A DNA stretch of 64,000 nt from Bdellovibrionales bacterium (GTDB lineage Bacteria > Bdellovibrionota > Bdellovibrionia > Bdellovibrionales > UBA1609). Within the stretch, counting starts at the first letter, position 1. Every line of letters begins with the position of its first letter. The stretch lies in assembly GCA_965200875.1 (NCBI GenBank), contig OZ241456.1:672001-736000 (forward strand). Reading direction: 5' to 3'. Position numbers and translations under genes: made by a program. Positions 51,068-61,594 of this stretch are shown piece after piece. The notes beneath the pieces are model-generated. The model saw only the letters and a list, made by a program, of their open reading frames with translations. It did not search any database and had not been told where the DNA came from.

Positions 51068-51658
51068 ATGAAAAAAAATGCGGGCTATACTCTTATTGAG
51101 ATTCTGGTAACAATAGGCATTCTTTCTATAATAAGCGGTGTCGCTTATGTCTCTTATAACGACCAAGTACTCAGAGCTAATAAAAATGACCTTAAGATTC
51201 ACGCTGAGCTTTTTGCTAGTTCTGTTAAAAACTGTATTTCCATAAACGGAGGTTGGTCGGTTGGGGTATTGAACTCGGCTGGTGAACCCGATGGAACAAT
51301 CAAGCCTTGTAATACAGATGATCGCACCGATCCAAGTAAAGAAAAAGATAAATTAAAATCCAAGCTAGATTTTACCTGCCCGGCAGATGCGGAATGCTTT
51401 ACATTCACAAGAACGAATAAGAATCCTGATGATAATAAGAATTTTACCTGCTTATATATTGAGAAAGAAGTATCTGGAAAAAAACTTCAGATGATTTCCC
51501 GTGTTCAATGGAGTAACCCAAGTTATTACCAAATATTGTGTGGTGAAGTAACGGCTTATGTTCAAAAAGGGCCAACAACATGCAAAAAATCTAAACACTC
51601 TCACTTAGTAACCGCAGGGTTAGCAGATGCGAATGGAATAAAAGAATGTAATTGGTAA
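51068..51658 (+). CDS. Type IV pilin-like protein
   Basis: Prepilin site KKNAG|YTLIEILVTIGIL; frame also open ~80 codons upstream. Confidence 0.88.
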   Translation: MKKNAGYTLIEILVTIGILSIISGVAYVSYNDQVLRANKNDLKIHAELFASSVKNCISINGGWSVGVLNSAGEPDGTIKPCNTDDRTDPSKEKDKLKSKLDFTCPADAECFTFTRTNKNPDDNKNFTCLYIEKEVSGKKLQMISRVQWSNPSYYQILCGEVTAYVQKGPTTCKKSKHSHLVTAGLADANGIKECNW

Positions 51659-51672
51659 TAAAAAGGTTAAAA

Positions 51673-52638
51673 ATGAAAATAAACAAAAAAGGATTTAGTC
51701 TTGTCGAGACTTTGATTATGATAAGTTTAACCGGTGTTGCTGTTGCCGGCCTTTCAAAAGCTATAGAAAAATCTTATGTAACTTCTAATGTAATAGAAAC
51801 ACAGCAGATAACTAGAAAATTTAAAAACAGCGTCTATCATATTTTTAATAATAATTGCAAAAATTTTTTTCCTAACACAGAACCAGCCTACTATGATCAA
51901 AATAATCCTGCAAAGATTAATAAGATGCCCTATATTTTTAATAGGTCTAACAAAAGTGAAAGTATATTTAAAGGCTTTATTGAGACTGTGGATATAACTG
52001 TATCAAGTCAAAATAATATACATAAATTCAATTTATATTACAAATATAGTGATAAAGCCAAAGCTTTAAGAGACATGAAGACAAAGGATAGCAAAGCCTG
52101 CACACCCACAGATAAAAAAGGTTGTTACCATATTACCTGTAATATTAATTATAATCATAATCTTCCCACAACACCCTGCAATCCTTTAGATTGTATTTTT
52201 GATGATAGGTCAAAAAGTGTTTTAACTAATCTTTGTGATGATGGGGAATTTTTAGTGAGGGTTACAGGAAATAAAGCAAATGATTGTTTGGGGTGTCCAA
52301 CAGGTGAAACTTTAATCGGAACAATAAAGAAAGGTGGCAACCTAGAACCTATGTGCTTAAAAAGGAAATGCCCTGACGGGGAGGTTGCAGTTGGTATAAA
52401 ACCAAAACCGACTGACCCGCCGGACCCGAAGCCTGTAAATTTTATAATGGACTGTCAGGAAGTGGCATGTCCAAGCACAAGCCAACATAAAGTACTAAAA
52501 CTTAACCCTGTCTCTGGTAAAATGGAGATGAAATGTGAACCAATCTGTCATGGTGGTCAAATATCAGACCCACTTGATAATAATAAATGTAAGTGCCCTG
52601 CCGGTAAAAACCCGGACAGGCAAGGAAATTGTGTTTAG
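51673..52638 (+). CDS. Minor pilin-like protein with Cys-rich C-terminus
   Basis: KKG|FSLVETLI prepilin site; CPxG repeats. Confidence 0.85.
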   Translation: MKINKKGFSLVETLIMISLTGVAVAGLSKAIEKSYVTSNVIETQQITRKFKNSVYHIFNNNCKNFFPNTEPAYYDQNNPAKINKMPYIFNRSNKSESIFKGFIETVDITVSSQNNIHKFNLYYKYSDKAKALRDMKTKDSKACTPTDKKGCYHITCNINYNHNLPTTPCNPLDCIFDDRSKSVLTNLCDDGEFLVRVTGNKANDCLGCPTGETLIGTIKKGGNLEPMCLKRKCPDGEVAVGIKPKPTDPPDPKPVNFIMDCQEVACPSTSQHKVLKLNPVSGKMEMKCEPICHGGQISDPLDNNKCKCPAGKNPDRQGNCV

Positions 52639-52664
52639 CCTTAACGACAGTCAATAGGAAGCGT

Positions 52665-55463
52665 ATGAGGATAAAAAGTGAGACTGGTTTTGTTGGTGGT
52701 GGCCTTCTTGGAGTACTGGGCTTTTCTCTTGTTAGTCTTACTATTGCTATGGGGAATTATAAGCTAAACACAAGGTCAATAAACAGTACCAATATTGAAA
52801 CTGTGGCCTATGCAGAGAAAGCCTTGGGAAAAACATTAAAAAATATTTTAGAGAATGAAGAGTATTGCAAGAAGTATTTAACAGGTGGAAAAATATCTGT
52901 TCTAGATGAAAATGAAAATAACGGAAATTTTAAAAATGAGGATTCTATTAAGATTATTGGTATGAAGACCCTCAACCCTCAAACTGATGCTCCCCGTATT
53001 CTGTCACCACAAAGCCAATATAAAAAAAAGATTTTTTATGTATACTACACTAAGCCAGCATTGGGAAATAAGCAAAAAAGGAGTGGTAACTGTACCAACA
53101 ACGATAAAAGAGGGTGTTACCATGTTTCCTGTGAAATAAACTATACATGTCATGGTCGTGATGCCCAAGACTGTATTGATGACATAAACAAGGTAGCCAC
53201 ATGCTCTATTGCTCCAGATAAGTGTAGCTTCCCTGGAGACTCAGATTATAAAACAAAACCTTGTGACGAAAACAAAATCAAGATAGGCATAACGCCTTGT
53301 GAAACTATCCCAGCAAATATTTTTGATGATTTGCCAAAACCACTAGAGCCACCGACACCTTCCATACAATCGATTGAAGCTTTTACCGGATTCAAGACAA
53401 GTGAGTCTAGGATAGAACCTGATACAACAGAAGTATCTAAAACCTGCCCTGAAGGGCAATATCCTGTAAGGAAAAAAATCAATGGTGAGATTGTGGTTCA
53501 ATGTCAGATTATGTGTACCGGAGGTAGCACTATAACAGACACAACCCCTCCACGCTGTGTATGTCCGTACAACGAAGATAACCCAAACGACCCGAACAAC
53601 AAACCAGTATACAAGCAAGGTGCATGCCATACCTGCCCCGTAGGTGCTACCTGGAATCAAAGTCTAAAGGAGTGTATATGCAATATTGCTGGAATTGATG
53701 GACAAGAATGGGACAGGGTTCATAACACTTGCAATTGCCCGAACAGAGCACCTTACCTTTATACTTATGCCCCGGATAAAAAAGTTTGTATTGCATGCCC
53801 CACAAATTACCTCTCATCTACCTGGCAGGTTAATAAATGTAAATGCAACAATCCGACAAATAAATGGGTTTTTGACTATAATTCCGTTAGCAAGGAAGTG
53901 CGAACAAATAAGTGTGATTGCCCAACCGGATTTTATTGGTTCGCTGGTCTTTGTAAAGCATGTATTGGCGGAACATGGGACGGAGGAACTTGTCAATGCC
54001 CAGAAACTCTATGGTGGAATTACGGTACTGGGCGGTGTGAATGTCCACAAAACTACAATTGGTATATCAAAGATAATATAGGAAAATGTATATCATGTGA
54101 AATTAGTTCTTCAGTTTGGGATACTGATCGATGTAGATGTCGTAATTCAGCCTTTAAATGGTTTCCTGACACGAATGAATGTAAATGCCCCGAAGACAAA
54201 CCATTGTATCATAATACGATATGTAAAGAATGCCCCCCAGGAATGAATGAAGGAGAATGTTCCCCATGCCCTAGCGGACAATATCAGTATGAAGGCCAGT
54301 GCATAAACTGCCCTATCAGGGCCACTTGGGATCACACGCAACAGGTGTGTAATTGTCCAGGAGAAACAGAATGGGATTATGATAGAGCTGGTAACAGAAA
54401 TCGGTGTAAATGCCCCGAAAACAAACCACTGTTTCATGGGGGGAGATGTACAACATGCGGAGTCAACTCACAATGGAATGCTACAACCAGAGTATGCGAG
54501 TGCAGAGAAGGGAAAATATGGGCTAGAACAACAAATACTTGTATAGTATGCCCCGAAAACAAACCACATTGGTATTCTGAGCAATGTAACCGATGCCTAG
54601 AAGGGCAATATGATTACGATAACAGATGTCACAAATGCCCTAGCGGACAATATTTTAGACCTGGAGAAAATAGATGTGCACATTGCTCTAGTTACGCAAC
54701 AACCTTTGAATACACAGATGATGGTAACAATAGATGTACATGCCAAAATACAGCATTACCTCAATTATCGGTTCATACCATAGGTAGAGGCATTAATAGC
54801 AGTCGGCAAGCTTTCTGTGCAGCATGCCCTGACGATGCACCTTGGGATGAATCAACAAATCGATGTGATTGTGGAAGAGATGACAGAGGATTTCTCAGAG
54901 GAATGATCTCTGAAGTAAAAGACGGGAGATTAACCCTGATAACCTGCATATGTCCTAGAGTTATACCGACAAGAAATAATCCGACAATGCAAAGATTTCA
55001 AAGCAAATTCAGTAGAACACTTAAAAAATGTATATGGTGTCCACAAGATGCAACATGGAATAAAACAACCGGTCGATGTGACTGTCCTGCCGGGAAAAAC
55101 TGGTGGTACACTCTTGATATTTCTAGCCGGCAAATTGGAAGTCAATGTATATGGTGTCCACAAGATGCAACATGGAATGAAACAACCAGGCGATGTGACT
55201 GTCCTACCGGAACAAGCTGGTTATACAGTGATGACTCTAGTGGACAGCAAACAGGTAGTCGATGTATTTGTTCTCCTGTTGAATTTCAAGACGGGCAAAC
55301 CTTCCAGAGAAATTACAGTTATACACTTAACAAATGTGTATGGTGTCCAGAAGATGCAACATGGAATGAAACAACCGGTCTATGTGACTGTCCTGCCGGG
55401 AAAAGATGGTGGTATAATATTAATTCTGATGGCGTTCAAAATGGAAGTAACTGTATTGATTGA
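52665..55463 (+). CDS. Giant pilin-like protein with EGF/furin-like Cys repeats
   Basis: ETG|FVGGGLLGVL (no Glu5); long array of CP..W....C.CP repeats. Confidence 0.75.
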   Translation: MRIKSETGFVGGGLLGVLGFSLVSLTIAMGNYKLNTRSINSTNIETVAYAEKALGKTLKNILENEEYCKKYLTGGKISVLDENENNGNFKNEDSIKIIGMKTLNPQTDAPRILSPQSQYKKKIFYVYYTKPALGNKQKRSGNCTNNDKRGCYHVSCEINYTCHGRDAQDCIDDINKVATCSIAPDKCSFPGDSDYKTKPCDENKIKIGITPCETIPANIFDDLPKPLEPPTPSIQSIEAFTGFKTSESRIEPDTTEVSKTCPEGQYPVRKKINGEIVVQCQIMCTGGSTITDTTPPRCVCPYNEDNPNDPNNKPVYKQGACHTCPVGATWNQSLKECICNIAGIDGQEWDRVHNTCNCPNRAPYLYTYAPDKKVCIACPTNYLSSTWQVNKCKCNNPTNKWVFDYNSVSKEVRTNKCDCPTGFYWFAGLCKACIGGTWDGGTCQCPETLWWNYGTGRCECPQNYNWYIKDNIGKCISCEISSSVWDTDRCRCRNSAFKWFPDTNECKCPEDKPLYHNTICKECPPGMNEGECSPCPSGQYQYEGQCINCPIRATWDHTQQVCNCPGETEWDYDRAGNRNRCKCPENKPLFHGGRCTTCGVNSQWNATTRVCECREGKIWARTTNTCIVCPENKPHWYSEQCNRCLEGQYDYDNRCHKCPSGQYFRPGENRCAHCSSYATTFEYTDDGNNRCTCQNTALPQLSVHTIGRGINSSRQAFCAACPDDAPWDESTNRCDCGRDDRGFLRGMISEVKDGRLTLITCICPRVIPTRNNPTMQRFQSKFSRTLKKCIWCPQDATWNKTTGRCDCPAGKNWWYTLDISSRQIGSQCIWCPQDATWNETTRRCDCPTGTSWLYSDDSSGQQTGSRCICSPVEFQDGQTFQRNYSYTLNKCVWCPEDATWNETTGLCDCPAGKRWWYNINSDGVQNGSNCID

Positions 55464-55647
55464 TAATTCACTTTTGAAGATAAAGCATTAAGACAAAGGA
55501 AAATGTTAAGACTATGATTCATATCCCGTGTAAAGATTTCATATATTTATTTTTTTAATTGTTTTTCATAAAATTCTGTATTATACATAATAAGTACCTT
55601 TTGTTCCTAAAAAGAAGGTTTTTTATGAATGATGAAAAGAGTAAATT

Positions 55648-56121
55648 ATGAAAATTATAATTCCTTTACTATTTTTAAGCTTAGGTGCTTTTGTTAGTGG
55701 TACCGAAGCCCGGTGTAATGCCAATAATTATCAAGATTATATCTATAAGTTCGGACATCATCAGTGTGATTTGTCCGGTGCGAATTTACAAGATGCTAAT
55801 TTTACCGATGCGAATTTGATTGAGGCGAATTTTACCGGAGCGGATTTGTTCAAGGCGAATTTTACCAATGCGAATTTGATTGAGGTGAATTTTACCGGAG
55901 CGGATTTATTTGGTGCGAATTTTACCAATGCGTATTTGCTCTTTGCGACTTTTAGCGGCGCGAATTTATTTAAGGCGAATTTTAGTGGGGTGGATTTGCG
56001 CAGGAGTGATTTTACCGGAGCGTATTTGTTCGGGACGAATTTTATCGGCGCGAAAGTTGATTCGAAATTGGCGACTTATTTAGCCTCAAAAGGTGTGAGT
56101 GGTTTTGTTATTGTAGAATAA
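55648..56121 (+). CDS. Secreted pentapeptide-repeat protein
   Basis: Paralog of the 31.6-34.5 kb genes, same caps and flanks. Confidence 0.92.
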   Translation: MKIIIPLLFLSLGAFVSGTEARCNANNYQDYIYKFGHHQCDLSGANLQDANFTDANLIEANFTGADLFKANFTNANLIEVNFTGADLFGANFTNAYLLFATFSGANLFKANFSGVDLRRSDFTGAYLFGTNFIGAKVDSKLATYLASKGVSGFVIVE

Positions 56122-56242
56122 GGTTTACTTTGATTCTTATGTAATTTTCATAATTCCTTTGGTTATAAAACGCCTGTCTATATCACTTGCAAATCTTTTT
56201 TATAAAAAAGTTAAATAGTCGTCAGTGGGAGGATTATAGGAT

Positions 56243-57223
56243 ATGAAATTAGCGAGCATGAAATCAGGTAATAGAGATGGCAGTTTGATTGTGGTTTCTG
56301 AGGATAACAAAGTTGGAGTTTCTGCAGAACAAATCTCAGGTTCTTTAAGAGAGGCAGTTGAAAACTGGAATACTGTTAAGCCTACTTTGGAGAGTTTGTA
56401 CGAGGAATTAAACAAATCCCATCTGGCTGGCACTTTTCCTATAAATCTGGAAAGCCTGACAGCTCCTTTGCCAAGAAGTTTCTCATGGATAGATGGTTCT
56501 GCTTATATCCAGCATATTAAGTTGGTGCGTAAAGCCAGAGGTGCTTCCTTGCCTGAAACATTGGAAACCATACCTCTTGTTTATCAAGGTGGAGGGGACA
56601 GTTTTTTAGGTCCTTATGAGGATATTCCTCAGAGAGACTTCGCTCATGGAACGGATTTTGAGGCAGAAGTGGGTGTAATTGTGAGTGACACTCCAATGGG
56701 CATCAGTGCGGAAGAAGCGTTGGATCATATTATTTTATTCGTGCTCATAAACGATATTTCCCTTAGAGGTTTAATCCCAGAGGAATTAAAAAGAGGTTTT
56801 GGTTTTTTGCAGAGTAAACCTTCCAGCAGTTTTGCTCCTTTTGCTGTAACGGCAGATGAGCTGGGGGAAAGTTGGCGGGAAGGTCGTATTCATTTACCCA
56901 TGCTGGTTGAATTTAACGAAAAATCCTTTGGCAGGGCTTCTGCAGGAGAAATGCACTTTCATTTTGGACAGATTATTGCTCATTCTGCCAAGACACGTAG
57001 TTTAAGTGCGGGCACTGTTATTGGAAGTGGCACTGTTTCCAATCAAGATACTTCTGTGGGTTGTAGCTGTATAGCGGAAAAAAGAATGTTGGAAAAAATT
57101 AACACGGGTAAAATAAGTACAGATTTTATGAAAGTGGGTGATAGGGTAAAAATAGAAGTTTTAGACAGATCTGGAAAAAATATTTTCGGGACCATTAAAC
57201 AAAAAGTAACACAATGGAAATAG
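56243..57223 (+). CDS. Fumarylacetoacetate hydrolase family protein
   Basis: DGSAY, YQGGGD, DFEAE, NDISLR, QSKP, GSGTVSN. Confidence 0.92.
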   Translation: MKLASMKSGNRDGSLIVVSEDNKVGVSAEQISGSLREAVENWNTVKPTLESLYEELNKSHLAGTFPINLESLTAPLPRSFSWIDGSAYIQHIKLVRKARGASLPETLETIPLVYQGGGDSFLGPYEDIPQRDFAHGTDFEAEVGVIVSDTPMGISAEEALDHIILFVLINDISLRGLIPEELKRGFGFLQSKPSSSFAPFAVTADELGESWREGRIHLPMLVEFNEKSFGRASAGEMHFHFGQIIAHSAKTRSLSAGTVIGSGTVSNQDTSVGCSCIAEKRMLEKINTGKISTDFMKVGDRVKIEVLDRSGKNIFGTIKQKVTQWK

Positions 57224-57226
57224 GAA

Positions 57227-57892
57227 TTGGCGACCCAGCCATCGATTCCGGGCAATGCAAACCAGGGGGCATACCTGAAACAGGAATCTTCAAAAAAAAA
57301 CCGATTGCTAATTTTAGCCAGTGGGCAAGGTTCTTTATTCCTCAGTATTGTTCAGGCTTGTAAAGTCGGTCATCTTACCGCAGAAGTTATTGGTTTACTG
57401 AGTGACAACAACAAGGCATTGGCACTAAAAAAAGCGCGGGTAGAAAGAATAGCTGTAAAAATATTAAATCCTGAAAATTTTATTTCTTTTTCCAAATGGG
57501 ATGAGGAACTTTGTAACCATTTAAAAGAAAAAAAACCGGATTGGATTTTATTGGCGGGTTTTCTTAAAAAAATAGGTCCAAAAGTTTTATCTGCTTTTAA
57601 GAATCGTGTGTTGAATATTCATCCTTCTTTACTTCCTGATTATGGAGGAAGAGGTATGTACGGTATCCATGTTCACCGCGCTGTTATTACAGGAAAGAAT
57701 AAGAAAACCGGTATCTCCGTTCATCTGGTATCTGAAGAATATGATAAAGGTTCCATATTGGCGCAAAAAGAACTTCTGGTGTTTGAGAAGGACACTCCAG
57801 AGTCTTTGCAAAAAAGAGTAAAAGAGGCAGAACAGATTTTTTATGTTTCTGTACTGCAAAAAATTATTTCTGGTGAAATTCGCGTTGAATGA
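57227..57892 (+). CDS. purN: Phosphoribosylglycinamide formyltransferase
   Basis: LASGQGS, LAGFLK, NIHPSLLP, YDKG. Confidence 0.93.
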   Translation: MATQPSIPGNANQGAYLKQESSKKNRLLILASGQGSLFLSIVQACKVGHLTAEVIGLLSDNNKALALKKARVERIAVKILNPENFISFSKWDEELCNHLKEKKPDWILLAGFLKKIGPKVLSAFKNRVLNIHPSLLPDYGGRGMYGIHVHRAVITGKNKKTGISVHLVSEEYDKGSILAQKELLVFEKDTPESLQKRVKEAEQIFYVSVLQKIISGEIRVE

Positions 57893-58014
57893 AATAAAAT
57901 GCTAAGTAGTGGTCTGTGAAAAAGTGTGTTATTTTGACTGGATTCCTGCTTGCGCGGGGCTGAAAAGCCAAAGATTTGGCTTCCCAGTTTTTCAATAAAA
58001 AAGTGTGGTTCTCT

Positions 58015-58980
58015 ATGAATAAAAAAGTATGGTTCGCGTCCGCGCCGTCTAATCTGGCTTTAATTAAATACGCGGGAAAAAAAAACAAAAGTAATTTACC
58101 TTTAAATGGGTCTTTTTCTTATACTTTGGATCATCTTTTTACCAAAGTTAAAATTACATCTATTGAAGGCGAGAGAGATCGCTATGAACCTCTTAAAGAT
58201 GAAGAATGTTTGTCTCTCACTCTTTCTTCTCTTTCTGTCAAAAGATTTTTGGATTTTTTTAAAATATTAAAAAAAACTTTTCAGGTTCCTGGGGTTTATC
58301 TTGTGCAATCGGCTAATAATTTTCCCGCGTCAGCGGGTGTGGCCAGTTCCGCTTCCAGTTTTTGTGCTCTTACCAGAGCAAGTTACAAAATGGCCTTATC
58401 CTGTTCGTCTGCTCCAGAAGAAGTGGAGAGTTTTACGGACTCTTATCTTTCTATATTGAGTCGTAGTGGTTCAGGTTCTTCGTGTCGTTCGTTTTTTCGC
58501 CCTTGGGCTTTGTGGGAAGGAGAGGGGGCGCGAGCGGTGAATTTGCCTTTTTCTTATTTAATACATAAATTTATAGTGGTGGATCGTAAAAAAAAAGAAG
58601 TATCATCTTCCACTGCACACGAAAAAATTTTAACCAGTCCTTCTTTTGCCGGGCGGGTGGAAAGAGCGGAAAAAAGACTATCCGACCTCTTGTTGGCTTT
58701 AAAGGGACAAAATTGGAAAACATGTTTTGAGATAACCTGGGATGAATTTCAGGATTTGCATACGCTTTATGAAAATGCTGGAATTTTTTATCGTAATAAG
58801 AAAAGCCATGAAATTTTGAACACAGTTAAAACCTTTTGGGAACAGGAAAGAGATGGGCCTTTAGTGACAATGGATGCCGGTTCTGCTGTTCATTTGTTGT
58901 ATCGTCCGGATCAAGAACATACGGCAAATCGCCTTGCTTCTCTTTTACCGCCGGCTTTTTCTCCCGGAAAAAGTTTATAA
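58015..58980 (+). CDS. mvaD: Diphosphomevalonate decarboxylase
   Basis: APSNLALIKY, NNFPASAGVASSAS, GSGSSCRS, TMDAG. Confidence 0.92.
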   Translation: MNKKVWFASAPSNLALIKYAGKKNKSNLPLNGSFSYTLDHLFTKVKITSIEGERDRYEPLKDEECLSLTLSSLSVKRFLDFFKILKKTFQVPGVYLVQSANNFPASAGVASSASSFCALTRASYKMALSCSSAPEEVESFTDSYLSILSRSGSGSSCRSFFRPWALWEGEGARAVNLPFSYLIHKFIVVDRKKKEVSSSTAHEKILTSPSFAGRVERAEKRLSDLLLALKGQNWKTCFEITWDEFQDLHTLYENAGIFYRNKKSHEILNTVKTFWEQERDGPLVTMDAGSAVHLLYRPDQEHTANRLASLLPPAFSPGKSL

Positions 58981-58999
58981 AAAGAAAACATTTCACCTG

Positions 59000-59029
59000 T
59001 TGACAGCGGGTTGTAAGTGGTTTTATGAT
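59000..59029 (+). promoter_or_regulatory. sigma70-type promoter of ahpC
   Basis: TTGACA-N18-TATGAT. Confidence 0.5.
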
Positions 59030-59123
59030 TTGAGCTTTAAGTCAAACCCAGGGCGTGGTTTTTAATGTATTCAATCGCCCGTGCACAAATTTTTAACATA
59101 AACACATAACCAAGGAGGTTTCA

Positions 59124-59660
59124 ATGTTAGGAGTAGGGGATTTTTTTCCTTCTTTTAAAGTAAAAGCAACAGTTTCGTCTGAAAAAGATCTGGATAAGGC
59201 GTTTATAGATGTGGATAATTCCACTTATACAGATAAGTGGCTTGTTTTTTTCTTTTATCCAAAGGACTTTACTTTTGTTTGTCCCACAGAATTAAAGGGT
59301 TTCGGGGATTTAAACAAGGAGTTTAATGACAGAAACACTCAGGTGCTGGCTGGTTCCACGGATTCTGAATTTGTGCATCACGCGTGGAGAAAACATGAAA
59401 AAGATTTACAAGATCTGCCTTTTCCCATGTTGGCGGATGTAAAAAGAGAGCTGACAGCCAGTTTGGGCATTCAGGATCCTGACGAAGGAGTGGCTCAAAG
59501 AGCAACATACATAGTGGATCCTAAAGGAAAGATCCGTTTTGTTTATGTTACGGATTTAAGTGTTGGCAGAAATCCAAAAGAAGTTTTGAGAATATTGGAT
59601 GCTCTTCAAACCAATAAGCTTTGTCCTTGTGACTGGAAACAGGGAGAGGAAACCTTGTGA
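59124..59660 (+). CDS. ahpC: 2-Cys peroxiredoxin
   Basis: FYPKDFTFVCPTE, GRN, LCPCDW. Confidence 0.95.
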   Translation: MLGVGDFFPSFKVKATVSSEKDLDKAFIDVDNSTYTDKWLVFFFYPKDFTFVCPTELKGFGDLNKEFNDRNTQVLAGSTDSEFVHHAWRKHEKDLQDLPFPMLADVKRELTASLGIQDPDEGVAQRATYIVDPKGKIRFVYVTDLSVGRNPKEVLRILDALQTNKLCPCDWKQGEETL

Positions 59661-60100
59661 GCGATGTAAGAGAAAAAACATATAAAAATAAAGAGGTATT
59701 GGACCTTTTAGGTCAAATTTATCAGTGTGAAATGGCTGGTGTAAACCGCTATCTGCATTATTCCTTTATGATAATGGGCTATAATCGCATTCCCATTCAA
59801 AAGTGGTTTCGGGAACAGGCTCAGGAGGCCATCACACATGCTACTCTTATTGGCGAAAAAATCACCTCTTTAGGTGGTCACCCTCCTATTTTATCCTCTC
59901 AGGTAAAGGAAGGACCTAATCACAGTATTAAACAGCTTTTGGAGGAAAGCCTTCATTTCGAGGAAGAGGCTATTCGGATGTACAAAAAGCTTGCTGATTT
60001 GTCTGAAAAGTATGAAGACATGGCCTTACAGGAAATGACTTACGCGCTGATTAAAGAAGAAGTGGAACATGTGGATGAAATTCGCAAAATGCTCTTATAA
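59657..60100 (+). CDS. bfr: Bacterioferritin-like protein
   Basis: Ferroxidase-like E...EAITH and E...EVEH pattern. Confidence 0.8.
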   Translation: MSDVREKTYKNKEVLDLLGQIYQCEMAGVNRYLHYSFMIMGYNRIPIQKWFREQAQEAITHATLIGEKITSLGGHPPILSSQVKEGPNHSIKQLLEESLHFEEEAIRMYKKLADLSEKYEDMALQEMTYALIKEEVEHVDEIRKMLL

Positions 60101-60212
60101 AAAAAAGAATGTTTATCATTTTTCTGCCCCTGCTTCTTGCGCAAAAAGAAGGTTAAGCCTAGGAAACATAAAAAACCCAAGAAACATCAGACTTCTCAAT
60201 CTCGAAAAAAGC

Positions 60213-61367
60213 TTATTTTATTAAGTGTTCTTGAATGGCCTTTATAGTTCTTATAAAGTATTTGTGTTGGACTTTTTTTCCATTTATAAAAAAAGCCGGT
60301 GTGCCTTTGATATTCATATCTTTTCCTGCTTTAATTTGTTTTTCAAGCACTTCCTCTGAGGCTGGAGAGTCTGTGCAATCATGCCACTTTTTCCATTCCA
60401 TGTTCTTCAGATGACGACTAAAGATCTCTATTTTTTCCAAAGCTTTTTTGTTATTTCTCAGGTTTATAAATTCTTTTTGATGTTCAAAAATAATACCATG
60501 AATGTCCCAGCCATTTTTTTGTTTTTCCGCACAGTAAACAGCTTTAGTAAGTGCACAGGAAACTCTTTTGTTTTTGCATTGATCCAAAGGAAATGAAAAA
60601 TACTCTATTCTTGCTTGTGGGTTGGAGGCTTTGAATTTTTTTAGGGTGTAATAACTGTTTCTGCAATGAAAGCAAAGAAAATCTGCAAATTCTTTTATGG
60701 TGATTACAGCTTTGTCCTTGGTGGGACCTGTCGCCAAAAGTTCTGTTTCTCCGGTTTTTTTTACGGGAGCTGAGAGCCAGTCCATAAGATTGTTTTTCAC
60801 AATTTTTTGAGTGGACTTTATGTCATACATATTTATAAAGATTAAATGTATAAGAGCACTGATCGGCAACAATGCGAAAAGCGCGCAGGACAGAAACACT
60901 CGTGCTTGCTTGAAAATAGGAACAGAAATGTATTTTTTCGCATAAGGAAAAACACAAAAAACAACAACAAAAGACAATAAGTAAAGCCCTATACAGAAAG
61001 GACAGAAAAGTTTCAGTAAAAAAGCGGAAATACCCAACATAATTAAGGAAGCACTTGCGGAAAGAGCGGAAAAAACACCAATTGAAAACCATATTATTGA
61101 AGGTTTGTCCCATCCTATGAGTAAAAAAAGAGAAAGAAAAAGCAATATCAGATGAGTGGCAAATCCCCAATTGGAAACAGGAATACCGGCAAAATCAGAG
61201 TAATTGGAAAGAAGTGTGTTATCACAGTTAATAAAATCATTAATATGACAAATTTTGGAGTTTTCTGTGTTATCAACAGACAGGGAATAGGATCTTGAGC
61301 TTAGGTATAACTGTAGGCCCATAGACAAAACAGAGCAAATAAAAACAATATATAACGCTTTTTTCAT
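60213..61367 (-). CDS. VKOR-DsbA/thioredoxin fusion
   Basis: C..INCD...S.YS, CPFC; DFLCFHC; GTP. Confidence 0.9.
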   Translation of the reverse strand: MKKALYIVFICSVLSMGLQLYLSSRSYSLSVDNTENSKICHINDFINCDNTLLSNYSDFAGIPVSNWGFATHLILLFLSLFLLIGWDKPSIIWFSIGVFSALSASASLIMLGISAFLLKLFCPFCIGLYLLSFVVVFCVFPYAKKYISVPIFKQARVFLSCALFALLPISALIHLIFINMYDIKSTQKIVKNNLMDWLSAPVKKTGETELLATGPTKDKAVITIKEFADFLCFHCRNSYYTLKKFKASNPQARIEYFSFPLDQCKNKRVSCALTKAVYCAEKQKNGWDIHGIIFEHQKEFINLRNNKKALEKIEIFSRHLKNMEWKKWHDCTDSPASEEVLEKQIKAGKDMNIKGTPAFFINGKKVQHKYFIRTIKAIQEHLIK

Positions 61368-61594
61368 AATTTTTCTGGATTAAAAGTGAAAGCTTTAATG
61401 CTTTGAGTAATTATCATATTTATTACTTTTTTTTCAAGACTTTTTGCGTCTTGATTTTTAGTTTACTTTTGGTGTTATACTGGATTTTCCATCCTTTGCT
61501 TATGCTTTCGTTGGGGAGAGGGTTCAAAATATGTTTATTGACTGAAAGACTGGAAAAACCAGTGTAAAAAACTGTTGATATATTGCAGGTAATC

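Noticed and set aside
55026..55410. Diversity-generating retroelement TR/VR pair in the pilin repeats
   Set aside because: No reverse transcriptase; repeats are in-frame and differences are not adenine-specific
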